Part shown: piece after piece, positions 1-9,370 of the stretch | Numbering within the stretch: the stretch's first letter is position 1 | Layout: each line of letters starts with the position of its first letter | Origin: Thermoproteota archaeon | GTDB lineage: Archaea > Korarchaeota > Korarchaeia > Korarchaeales > JAOZGB01 | Assembly: GCA_037917685.1 (NCBI GenBank) | Contig: JAVCBU010000001.1 | Span: forward strand, 1-60,824 | DNA: 60,824 nt | Reading direction: 5' to 3' | Notes under the pieces: generated by a model | Database searches by the model: none | Told to the model about the DNA's origin: nothing | Seen by the model: only the letters and a program-made list of their open reading frames with translations | Translations under genes and position numbers: made by a program

Positions 1-1
1 C

Positions 2-814
2 AAATGCTATCGAACTTACATACTCACTTATAGGTCCTGCACGTGATGTGTCAACAAGATCGATAGCAATTTTTAGAAAAGGAGCTCCATGACTTTTTCC
101 TCCTCCCAGATGAATAAGGGTTCTATACATGAGATTTCCACTTATTCCATCTGGTGCTATTATTATATTTGCGTTGTCTTTTATTGCGTTTTCAATCAAA
201 ATTTCGTAGTGCTTGATACTATTCGTAATACCTTTGTCCTTTGCTACACTTACAACAAACTCACTGTCAGCAAGCATTCTATCTACTCGAGGTGACCTTC
301 CTATGTCATCCCTTCTTCCACCTGAAATAATTGCAACTTTAGGTTCTAAGCCTAGCGCCTTAACTAAGTTAACGCCTTCCTCTACAAAAACTAATTTTTC
401 GCCTATGCTTTCACCTTCATCTATTCCTACAGGCGCAAAAAAGAATTGATGCCCATTAGCAGATTCTAAAAGCGCCAATCTGAAAACTTTGCTCAAATTT
501 AATTTTTCCTTTAGAGAGAGAAGAATTTTTGAAGCACCTAGAGATCCTCTAACTGCTGCATCGAAATTGTGTTCAATAAGGACTCTTATCATGTCTTCTT
601 CCGGTTTAGAGCTCATAAATACATCGAATTCATCTTTATATTTTTTTAATGTTTGATGTTTGCCCATTAATGTGACCTTAGCATACCCTTCATTAATAGC
701 TTTTTTAGCAGCGTTTACTGCTCTTATAACCTGGTCTTCTGTTTCCCCAGCACCTATTAGCACCTTTGCATTTGATTTCTTTGCAATTGAGAATACTTTG
801 TCCATAATTTTCAT
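2..814 (-). CDS. mtxX: Methanogenesis marker protein 4 / MtxX-family putative methyltransferase (partial, runs off the left edge; absent from the ORF track)
   Basis: Manual translation from ATG at 814: MKIMDKVFSIAKK...AAVRGSLG...FFFAPVGIDEG...SGGRRDDIGRS...APDGISGNLMYRTLIHLGGG..GAP...VDTSRA, which are the motifs I recognise for MtxX/Mmp4. Confidence 0.85.
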   Translation of the reverse strand, partial: MKIMDKVFSIAKKSNAKVLIGAGETEDQVIRAVNAAKKAINEGYAKVTLMGKHQTLKKYKDEFDVFMSSKPEEDMIRVLIEHNFDAAVRGSLGASKILLSLKEKLNLSKVFRLALLESANGHQFFFAPVGIDEGESIGEKLVFVEEGVNLVKALGLEPKVAIISGGRRDDIGRSPRVDRMLADSEFVVSVAKDKGITNSIKHYEILIENAIKDNANIIIAPDGISGNLMYRTLIHLGGGKSHGAPFLKIAIDLVDTSRAGPISEYVSSIAF

Positions 815-1092
815 TTTTTAGTCGACACCTCAGAGACGATATTAGCATAATTATTTTAAAGTTAATTAATATTTTGAAGTGAAATAGTGAGCATAGTGAT
901 TACAGTTGGACTTATAAAGAGATATATAGAAAAATTGTTGGTGAATAGCTAAGGATGGAGTATTTACATTAATAAACTAATGCAGTAAGGTTTGTTGCCG
1001 GGTATTCTTTGGTTTAAGACACATATGAAATCACGAAAAAGAATATAGAAAATGTAAATATAAAAATATGTAGGAAATGGAGGAAAATTAGT

Positions 1093-1902
1093 ATGAAATT
1101 ACGTGTTTCTGCAGTGCAGATAGCACCTAAACTAGGTGATTTAGAGAATAATATTGTAAAAACATGTATGTTCATAGAAAAGGCTATAGAGCAGGAAGCG
1201 AGACTTATAGTTCTTCCAGAATTGTCTAATTCGGGTTATAATTTGAAAAATAGGCAACAGGCATTAGAATCCTCGGAACCAATACCAAGTGGGCCAACTG
1301 TAAAAGAATGGGAGAAACTAGCTAGGAGAAATGATGTCTGGATTATAGGTGGAATAAATGAGAAATGTGAAGATAAACTATACAATTCAGCTGTGATTCT
1401 GGGTCCAGAAGGTTACGTTGGAAAGTATAGAAAACTCCATCTATTTGCTAAAGAAAAATTACTTTTCCAGCCAGGCGATTTACAATTGGAGGCTATAAAG
1501 ACAAAGGATTTTGCATTTGGAGTTATGATATGTTTTGACTGGGCATTTCCAGAAGTTGCGCGGGTTCTTACCTTGAAAGGTGCGGAAATTATATGTCATC
1601 CTGCAAATTTGGTTTTGCCCTATGGCCAAAAAGCAATGCAAGTAAGAGCCCTTGAAAACCATATTTTTACGATAACTGCGAATAGAGTTGGTAAGGAAGA
1701 GGACCTTACATTCACGGGTCAAAGTCAAATAACTGATGTGAAAGGAAAAGTCTTAGCTAAGGGGAGCAGAAGTAAGGAAGAAGTAATAATTGCCGAAATA
1801 AACATAAAGGAGGCAAGAAACAAGAAGATAACTCTCTACAACGATCTCATAAAAGATAGACGTCCTGAATTCTATTCGCTTCTAACATCTCCTATAGGTT
1901 AA
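1093..1902 (+). CDS. Carbon-nitrogen hydrolase (nitrilase superfamily)
   Basis: Glu-Lys-Cys triad motifs LPELS, YRKLHL, ICFDW; ANRVG and GQSQI. Confidence 0.92.
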   Translation: MKLRVSAVQIAPKLGDLENNIVKTCMFIEKAIEQEARLIVLPELSNSGYNLKNRQQALESSEPIPSGPTVKEWEKLARRNDVWIIGGINEKCEDKLYNSAVILGPEGYVGKYRKLHLFAKEKLLFQPGDLQLEAIKTKDFAFGVMICFDWAFPEVARVLTLKGAEIICHPANLVLPYGQKAMQVRALENHIFTITANRVGKEEDLTFTGQSQITDVKGKVLAKGSRSKEEVIIAEINIKEARNKKITLYNDLIKDRRPEFYSLLTSPIG

Positions 1903-2290
1903 AACCTTAAACCTAAGCTTCAATTTAAAGTGTTTCTGCTTCAATCGGATGTACGTCAGTCTACAAATTTGATTACGTATAAGGTATTAAAGTTGTAATT
2001 ATGCAGCTTTTCGAACAATTTGTGATGACTGCTTTTAATGGAATATTAAGGTTTGTTTTTGTCTTAGCTGATTTGAATTTGGTCAAATAAAATTATCGTA
2101 TAGATTTTAATGAAGCTCATAACTCCTAGTTAAAATGTCAAAGAAAGACTTATATTCTTGTTTTTTAACTTAAAACCATCATAAAAATTCAAAGCGAAAA
2201 ATAAACAAACAAAAAGGAAAAATAACTCTATAAGCTCTACATGAAAAATTTAAAAACAGGTAGAACTATTTTCTAGTGAGGTGGGCGTGA

Positions 2291-3664
2291 ATGAAAAAGT
2301 TAACAGTTGAAGAACTTCTCGAAAAGGCTAAGAAACCTGCAAAATTAGCAATGGCATATCACCCATTTTATGAAGGAAAACTGCAAGTAATGCCCAAATG
2401 TGCCATAAGAAATATGTATGATTTCGCAATTTGGTACACGCCTGGTGTCGCTGCGCCATGTAGGGAAATCCATAAGGATCCTGAGCTATCCTTTAAGTAT
2501 ACTAACAGATGGAATTACGTTGCCGTTGTAAGCGATGGAAGCAGAGTTCTTGGACTAGGTGATATCGGTCCTGAAGCAGCTATGCCGGTCATGGAAGGGA
2601 AAGCTATACTCTTCAAATATTTAGGAGGTGTTGATGCTTTCCCGATCTGTTTAGCAACAAAAGATCCCAATGAGATTATAACCGCGCTTAAGTGGCTCGA
2701 GCCAACATTCGGAGGGATCAACTTAGAGGATATTGAAAAACCAAAATGCTTCCACATACTTGAGAAAGCTCGTGAAGAACTTAACATTCCAGTTTGGCAT
2801 GATGACCAACAAGGAACTGCAACAGTAGTGCTTGCAGGACTAATAAACGCTCTAAAGATAGTAGGCAAGAAAATGGATGAAGTTAAAGTTGCTATGATTG
2901 GAGCAGGTGCAGCTAACTATAGAACTGCTGTTGTCCTCATCAAAGCAGGGGTTAAACCTGGAAACATTATTATGGTCGATAGTAAAGGTATCTTGCACCA
3001 AAATAGGAAAGATATTGAGGCTGAAAAAGATGAGAATCCATGGAAATGGGAAATGTGTATTAAAACTAATGCTGAAGGAAGAGAGGGTGGAATTCCGGAG
3101 GCAATGAAAGATGCAGATATTTGCATAGCTATGTCTCGACCTGGGCCCGGTGTTATAAAACCTGAATGGGTTAGCAGCATGGCAACTGACGCCATTGTTT
3201 TCGCATGTGCAAACCCTATACCTGAAATATGGCCTTGGGAAGCTAAGGAAGCAGGGGCTCGAATCGTAGCAACAGGTAGGTCAGACTTCCCGAATCAAAT
3301 TAATAACTCTTTAGGATTTCCAGGTATATTCAGAGGAGTTTTAGATGTAAAAGCAAGGACTATTACAGATGATATGTGCATTGCAGCTGCAAAAGCGTTA
3401 GCTGAATATGCTGAGGAAAAGGGTATTCATGAAGATTACATAGTACCCACTATGGAGGAATGGGACGTATATCCACGAGAAGCTGTTGCATGTGCATTAG
3501 AATCCATTAAGGAAGGAGTTGCTAGAGTTAAGCTGAGTAAACAAGAACTTTGGGAAAGAGCGACTGCAATAATAAAAAGAGCTCGAGAAGCCACCCATCT
3601 ATTAATGAAGGAAAGCATAATTCCACCACCACCCCCAGAAGAAGAAGTGTTGGGAAAGAAATAA
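2291..3664 (+). CDS. NAD(P)-dependent malic enzyme
   Basis: YTPGVA, SDGSRVLGLG, VMEGKA, INLEDI, HDDQQGT, GAGAA, TGRSDFPNQINN. Confidence 0.95.
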   Translation: MKKLTVEELLEKAKKPAKLAMAYHPFYEGKLQVMPKCAIRNMYDFAIWYTPGVAAPCREIHKDPELSFKYTNRWNYVAVVSDGSRVLGLGDIGPEAAMPVMEGKAILFKYLGGVDAFPICLATKDPNEIITALKWLEPTFGGINLEDIEKPKCFHILEKAREELNIPVWHDDQQGTATVVLAGLINALKIVGKKMDEVKVAMIGAGAANYRTAVVLIKAGVKPGNIIMVDSKGILHQNRKDIEAEKDENPWKWEMCIKTNAEGREGGIPEAMKDADICIAMSRPGPGVIKPEWVSSMATDAIVFACANPIPEIWPWEAKEAGARIVATGRSDFPNQINNSLGFPGIFRGVLDVKARTITDDMCIAAAKALAEYAEEKGIHEDYIVPTMEEWDVYPREAVACALESIKEGVARVKLSKQELWERATAIIKRAREATHLLMKESIIPPPPPEEEVLGKK

Positions 3665-4001
3665 CTTTCTATTACTTTATTTTTAGTCTAATTTCTAGCA
3701 GCATTGTGATTAATAAATATTCAATGCGTTAGTTAAGTTGATGTTTTTAGGCAGCAACGAAAAACTTGTAAATATCGGTGGGGAAATTCTGATGGTCGAT
3801 AATGTTCCTACTAGTGGAGAGTCTTGAAATTTAGTCTAGATCCATTTGGCTAGTTAATTATCAACATATAGCTTTACGTTTTACATTAGAGGACCTTACA
3901 TATTCAACTTGTATCCGCATTACTACCTTTTAATATTACCTTGCTTATTGCTCCGTAAAGTATTTTAAGTAGTTTAAGGAATTCCTCAAGGAGGCGATCA
4001 C

Positions 4002-5732
4002 GTGGCAGATTTCGTTCTTATACATCCACCAAGTGTTTATGATTTCAGGGAAAGAGCGTTATTACACGGCCCTATTAGCGATGTGGTGCCCTCGACCTCG
4101 GTTTTTGAATCCTACCCAATCGGGTTCATAAGTATGTTAAGTTATCTACGCCGACATGGATATAAAGTTAGGATCGTCAATATGGCTTTAAAAATGCTTA
4201 GCAACCCTAAATTTGACCCTGAAAAATTAATTAAATCACTTAACCCTTTAGCTTTTGGAATAGATTTACATTGGCTTGTTCATGCACATGGAAGCCTAAA
4301 ACTAGCAGAAATCATTAAAAAATGGCATCCAAACACCCCTATAATATTTGGAGGACTGTCAGCGACTTATTTTCATACCCAACTAATTAAAGATTACCCC
4401 TATGTAGATTACATTGTCAGGGGAGATACAACAGAAGAACCTTTGCTAAAATTACTTAATTATATAGAGAAGGAGAAGCCTCCCGAAGATGTACCAAATA
4501 TTACGTGGAGAGATGCTAATAGAATTCGAATCAACAAGATGTCTTTTGTACCCGAAAATCTTGATGAATATACGTTGGATTACGGAACGGTAATAAAATC
4601 AGCCATTAAAGATATGGATCTTAAAGGATATCTTCCTTATCATGACTGGTTTGAATATCCATTGACAGCTGTATTAACATGTAAAGGGTGTATCTATAAC
4701 TGTATTACATGTGGTGGTTCAAGATTTAGTTATCAAAATATTTGCCATAGACGTCGTGCTGCGTTTAAAAGTGTTAAAAAACTTGTTGAAGAAATGAAAA
4801 TTATGGGGGAATACGTTAAAGGGCCCATTTTTGTCTTAAATGATATAAGAATAGGTGGGAAAAAATACGTAGAAGACTTACTTATGGAAATCAAGAAAGA
4901 AAAAGTTCAAAACCCCTTAATAATAGAGCTTTTTAGACCCGCTAGTAGGAAATTTCTTAAAGACGTGTTAAAAGCATCGAACGAAGTAAGCCTAGAGATT
5001 TCGCCCGAGTCTCATGATGAAAAAGTGAGAAAAAGTTTTGGTAGAAATTATAATAATGCGGAACTTGAAAAAACGCTTTCTTTTGCCTCAGAGCTCGGTT
5101 ATAAGAGAATTGACGTTTTTTTCATGATAGGACTCCCATATCAAGATACAGAATCAGTGTTGGATACTGTTCGCTACGCTGAGGTACTAATTCAACGTTA
5201 CGGGAAAGATGGTAGGCTTCATCCTTTTATAGCTCCTTTAGCGCCGTTTTTGGATCCGGGAAGTTTAGCCTTTGAAAAACCGGAATCCTATGGATATCAA
5301 TTGTTCTTTAACACTCTCGAAGAACATAGAACAGCCTTAGAAGCACCAAGTTGGAAATACACCTTAAGCTACCAAACTAGATGGATGACGAGAGATGAAA
5401 TAGTTAGCAGCACATATGAAGCAGCAAGACTACTAAATAGAGCTAAAAAAGAACATATGCTAATATCGGAAAGAGAAGCAGAAATCATATTTAATAAAAT
5501 ATATCTCGCTGAGACAATAACCGGCAGAGTTGATGAAATACTAAAGTTGAAAGATGAGAAAACCCGTTTAGAGCAGCTACAAGCACTACGGGAATGGGCT
5601 AGAGATGCAAGTAAAGAAATCTTGTGTTCAAACAATGAGTTGCTTAGGTGGCCGTTCAAAAACGTACTTAATAATAAATTAAAGTTATTTTTCTCTGTAA
5701 TGAAAGCCTTGATAAAAAACAGTATTAGATAA
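4002..5732 (+). CDS. B12-binding-domain radical SAM protein (resembles the TIGR04190/Ta0216-type family)
   Basis: N-terminal HPPSVYDFR...GPISDVVPS...YPIG, cobalamin-domain GIDLHW/GGLSAT, CxxxCxxC (CIYNCITC), SPESHDE, PFLDPGS. Confidence 0.85.
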   Translation: MADFVLIHPPSVYDFRERALLHGPISDVVPSTSVFESYPIGFISMLSYLRRHGYKVRIVNMALKMLSNPKFDPEKLIKSLNPLAFGIDLHWLVHAHGSLKLAEIIKKWHPNTPIIFGGLSATYFHTQLIKDYPYVDYIVRGDTTEEPLLKLLNYIEKEKPPEDVPNITWRDANRIRINKMSFVPENLDEYTLDYGTVIKSAIKDMDLKGYLPYHDWFEYPLTAVLTCKGCIYNCITCGGSRFSYQNICHRRRAAFKSVKKLVEEMKIMGEYVKGPIFVLNDIRIGGKKYVEDLLMEIKKEKVQNPLIIELFRPASRKFLKDVLKASNEVSLEISPESHDEKVRKSFGRNYNNAELEKTLSFASELGYKRIDVFFMIGLPYQDTESVLDTVRYAEVLIQRYGKDGRLHPFIAPLAPFLDPGSLAFEKPESYGYQLFFNTLEEHRTALEAPSWKYTLSYQTRWMTRDEIVSSTYEAARLLNRAKKEHMLISEREAEIIFNKIYLAETITGRVDEILKLKDEKTRLEQLQALREWARDASKEILCSNNELLRWPFKNVLNNKLKLFFSVMKALIKNSIR

Positions 5733-5804
5733 AAGACAAAGCTTTGAAAAAGGAAAATAAAATCGGCTTTTAAAAATAGTTAAGTAAGATGTAAAAGCAA
5801 TGTT

Positions 5805-6809
5805 CTATAGGCTTTTATTTAATTTTTCTTTATGTTCGATTATATTTGCCATGTAAATAAGATAATTTTTAAACGGACTTTCCTTAAGATTATATATGCT
5901 TGTGCAAGCTTTATCTATATTTTCAACTATTTTTTCTTTGCAATATTCTATAGCTCCTGTGTTTTCGAGTTCTTTTAACACTTTTTCGATAACGTTTTTA
6001 GGTAGATCTCGCTTCCCAAAATACTCGTCCAAGAGTTTTCTTATGTCGTTATCTCCATGTTGATAAAGATATATGAGAGGAAGTGTTGCCCGCCCATTTC
6101 TCATATCAAGCAAGAGACTATCTGGAGCTATTAGGTCTTCAAGGTCATCTTTCAGCTGATAGGCTATCCCATAATACTCACCGAAATTTGCCAGCGACTC
6201 AACTTCAATAGCTGACCCTCCTCCTGCAATTGCACCACACTTCGTTGCTGCTCTGAATAGGCTAGCTGATTTCCCCTTAATTTTTACAAAATAGTCTTCT
6301 TCATCCATATCATTTAGAGATAACGATATGTCCATCATCTCCCCACTAGAAAGTTGTAAGCCACAAGCAGATGTTATTTTTATTACTTGCGGCCCATAAT
6401 CTGCGACCAAACCTATCGATATAGCAATTAAAGCATCTCCTACAAGTATAGCATCATTTATAGACCATTTTTCATGTAATGTCGGAAGACCTCTACGTAC
6501 CCTATCTCTATCTATAATATCATCGTGAACCAACGTTGATGTGTGTAAAACCTCAAAAGCCAGTGCCAATCGAATTACACTCTCTCTATCTCCTCCTACG
6601 CTCTGAGCACTTAAAATAGTAAGTATAGGCCTCAATCTTTTCCCACGTGATAAAAGAGCGTAACCTATACGGGCACGGAGACTAGGGTGAGGAATCTTCG
6701 AAACTAATTTTGATAACTTTTGATTAATTATTCCTCTTAGTTCACGTATGTATGCTTGAAAAGCATTTACAAAGTCCGAATTGAAAATACGTCGATATCT
6801 CTGCAACAT
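5805..6809 (-). CDS. trans-Polyprenyl diphosphate synthase, probably medium/long chain
   Basis: GKRLRP, FARM DDIIDRD..RRG, SARM QLKDDLED; Ser at -5 before FARM. ATG 6809 preferred over the ORF-track start at 6845. Confidence 0.9.
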   Translation of the reverse strand: MLQRYRRIFNSDFVNAFQAYIRELRGIINQKLSKLVSKIPHPSLRARIGYALLSRGKRLRPILTILSAQSVGGDRESVIRLALAFEVLHTSTLVHDDIIDRDRVRRGLPTLHEKWSINDAILVGDALIAISIGLVADYGPQVIKITSACGLQLSSGEMMDISLSLNDMDEEDYFVKIKGKSASLFRAATKCGAIAGGGSAIEVESLANFGEYYGIAYQLKDDLEDLIAPDSLLLDMRNGRATLPLIYLYQHGDNDIRKLLDEYFGKRDLPKNVIEKVLKELENTGAIEYCKEKIVENIDKACTSIYNLKESPFKNYLIYMANIIEHKEKLNKSL

Positions 6810-6928
6810 AACTATCTCTCCTACGTTAGCATCCCGTACTGCCACTGTTATTAGCGTGGGGAAAAATTTAAATTTACCGCAAGTGAGAGTATGTGGGAAC
6901 TATACATAACGCCGATCGCGTGGTAAAA

Positions 6929-7291
6929 ATGGAGATCGTAAGCGAATCTATAGCTTTCTGGCTGTTTGCTTTGCTACTTGTCGTGTTGATGGTATTTCTG
7001 GTCATACTCGGAAAAATGTTTTCTCCCTCCAAACCTAATCCAGTGAAGACAACAACGTACGAATGTGGACAACCACCCATGGGAAAAGCTCATAGTTTTA
7101 TGATAAGTGGTTCTATCCGGTATTTTGCGTATGCTGTGGTATTCTTTGCTTTAGATGCATTTTCTTGGATTTTAATGGCATGTTCAACAGCGGTGACAAT
7201 TGTTAACATTTCACTTGTCACTATTTATACACTGATAATAACTCTTGGAATAATATACTTTCTCAAATCGTTGAGAAGGTTGGTGAGCTAA
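6929..7291 (+). CDS. nuoA: Complex I-like subunit A
   Basis: Three TM segments, YECGQPP loop, RYFAYAVVFFALD; ATG 6929 preferred over 6893. Confidence 0.88.
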   Translation: MEIVSESIAFWLFALLLVVLMVFLVILGKMFSPSKPNPVKTTTYECGQPPMGKAHSFMISGSIRYFAYAVVFFALDAFSWILMACSTAVTIVNISLVTIYTLIITLGIIYFLKSLRRLVS

Positions 7292-7777
7292 GTGTCCAAA
7301 AGCATGTCATCTAAAGGAACTAACATTTTTGACTCAATAAAACAAATTTTTAGAAGTGTAATAAGCTGGGGTTGGAAGTATTCTTTATGGCCTATTCACT
7401 TTGTTACTGGCTGCTGTTGCCCAGAATTTATGCAGGTAGCTGGACCTAGATATGATATGGAAAGGTTTGGAATGTTGCCGATGGCCGGTGCTCGGCAAGC
7501 GGATGTTATGGTAATTATTGGAGTTCTTACCAAGAAAATGGCCAAAAGAGTTAAGATGTTATGGGAACAAATGCCTGAACCGAAATTTTCTGTTGCCATT
7601 GGTGCATGTCCGATTGGCAAAGGCCCATTTTACGATTCTTATTCTCTTGTTAGAGCGGATGAAGTTATACCGATAGATGTGTATATTCCTGGATGCCCAC
7701 CGAGGCCCGAAGCCATGCTTCAAGGTTTTTTGCTTTTGCAGAAGAAGGTGCAAGAGAAAATTAAGGAAGGAGTTTGA
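7292..7777 (+). CDS. nuoB: Complex I-like subunit B (Fe-S cluster N2)
   Basis: GCCCPE, YDMERFG, RQADV, QMPEPK, GAC, DVYIPGCPPRPE. Confidence 0.95.
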   Translation: MSKSMSSKGTNIFDSIKQIFRSVISWGWKYSLWPIHFVTGCCCPEFMQVAGPRYDMERFGMLPMAGARQADVMVIIGVLTKKMAKRVKMLWEQMPEPKFSVAIGACPIGKGPFYDSYSLVRADEVIPIDVYIPGCPPRPEAMLQGFLLLQKKVQEKIKEGV

Positions 7778-7778
7778 A

Positions 7779-8252
7779 ATGGGTGAAGAAGTGGAAAGAG
7801 AAATAGTTGAAAACATTAAGTCAAAGTTCCCTGATGCTATCGAAGAGACAAAAGCGCTTAGGTCTAAAAGAATATCCGTAACTGTGAAGATGGAAAAAAT
7901 TTTGGAAATTGCCCGTTATATTAGAGATGAACTTGGGTTCGACTATCCTATCTCGGCTGGAGCCATAGATTATATTAAGGAAAAATATTTTCAAGTTGTC
8001 TACTATCTGCTTTCATCGGAAAAAAAGATAGTTTTAATGCTTAGAGTTAATATTCCTAGGGATAATCCAGTTATGCCTTCCCTAATTCCTATATGGGAAG
8101 CAATGAACTTTCATGAAAGAGAAATGTGGGAAATGTTTGGAATAACATTTGAGGGACATCCCAACCTTACAAGGCTACTTTTACCTGAAGATTGGGAAGG
8201 CGGATACCCATTAAGAAAAGATTTCAAACTTTCATCGAAGGAGGGCAGTTAA
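7779..8252 (+). CDS. nuoC: Complex I-like subunit C
   Basis: HEREMWEMFGITFEGHPNLTRLLLPEDWEGGYPLRKD; true start ATG 7779 directly after nuoB. Confidence 0.93.
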   Translation: MGEEVEREIVENIKSKFPDAIEETKALRSKRISVTVKMEKILEIARYIRDELGFDYPISAGAIDYIKEKYFQVVYYLLSSEKKIVLMLRVNIPRDNPVMPSLIPIWEAMNFHEREMWEMFGITFEGHPNLTRLLLPEDWEGGYPLRKDFKLSSKEGS

Positions 8253-9365
8253 GTGTCTGAAGAACCCTCTAAACAGGTAATGCGTATCAGCTGGGGACCA
8301 CAACATCCAATGAGCGGACAGATTAGGATACTTGTTGATACAGATGGAGAAAGAGTTCTAAATATTATTCCAGACTTAGGTTTTACACATAGAGGTATTG
8401 AGAAAATCCTTGAGAATAGAAACGTTATACAAGGAGTTGTACCAGTAGAACGAATGGTTATGGTCGATACTGCTAATAATGCTTTAGCTTATGTAAGAGC
8501 TGTTGAAGAACTTTTAGGTATTGAGCCCCCCAAACGAGCCCAATATATTAGAGTTATTATTTGCGAGGTTTGCAGAATCCTTAGCCATCTTTATGGGTTT
8601 GGACTTGGAGCAGAATCGGGCGGAGGGTATCCTGCAGTATTTTTATGGACTACTGCCGATAGAGAACCTTTCCTAGATATGATGGAGAGAATTACTGGAA
8701 CTAGATGGAGTTATTCCTTTTTTGTTCCAGGGGGGGTTTACAGAGATTTCCCGGATAAGATAAAGAATAGATTCCTAGAAACTTTAAGTTACTTTGAAAA
8801 TAGACTTGAATCTTATAGACGTGCCTGGTTTGAAAATAAAATATTCGAAGCCAGAGCTAGAAATGTCGGTGTTTTAAAACCAGAAGACGCCATTAGATTA
8901 GGAGCAACAGGCCCTTCACTAAGAAGTTCAGGTGTTAGCTTAGATGTTCGTAAGGATGAACCTTATGAAGCTTATGAAGAAATAGATTTTAAGGTTGTTA
9001 CTTTGACTGAGGGCGACTCTTATGCACGTTTATATGCTCGATATTTAGAAATGGTTGAGAGTGTTAAAATAATCCGACAAGCTATTGAAAACATGCCTTC
9101 AGGGCCGTATCGAAAGTCTGTTAACCTTTTTGGAAGACTTCCGAAAGGTGAAGCTTATTCGAGAGTTGAGGCAGCCCGAGGAGAACTAGGAGTTCATATA
9201 ATTTCAGATGGAGGTTTTAAACCCTACAGAGTTAAAATAACTTCACCTACCTTAAGGAATCTCTATGTAGTTTCACAACTACCTAAAATCAGCGACATAC
9301 TGCTTGCCGATTTACCAGTAATATTATATTCGTTTGATCCATGGTATTTAGATGCTGATAGGTAG
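8253..9365 (+). CDS. nuoD: Complex I-like subunit D (no NiFe-binding CxxC motifs)
   Basis: GPQHP, GFTHRGIEK, TGPSLRSSG, EAARGELG, C-terminal DPWYLDADR. Confidence 0.93.
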   Translation: MSEEPSKQVMRISWGPQHPMSGQIRILVDTDGERVLNIIPDLGFTHRGIEKILENRNVIQGVVPVERMVMVDTANNALAYVRAVEELLGIEPPKRAQYIRVIICEVCRILSHLYGFGLGAESGGGYPAVFLWTTADREPFLDMMERITGTRWSYSFFVPGGVYRDFPDKIKNRFLETLSYFENRLESYRRAWFENKIFEARARNVGVLKPEDAIRLGATGPSLRSSGVSLDVRKDEPYEAYEEIDFKVVTLTEGDSYARLYARYLEMVESVKIIRQAIENMPSGPYRKSVNLFGRLPKGEAYSRVEAARGELGVHIISDGGFKPYRVKITSPTLRNLYVVSQLPKISDILLADLPVILYSFDPWYLDADR

Positions 9366-9370
9366 GAGGG

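Noticed and set aside
89-449. Plus-strand ORFs 89-295 and 213-449
   Set aside because: Antisense shadows of the minus-strand mtxX gene.
8253-9365. NuoD as a group 4 [NiFe] hydrogenase large subunit
   Set aside because: Both CxxC nickel-binding motifs are absent.
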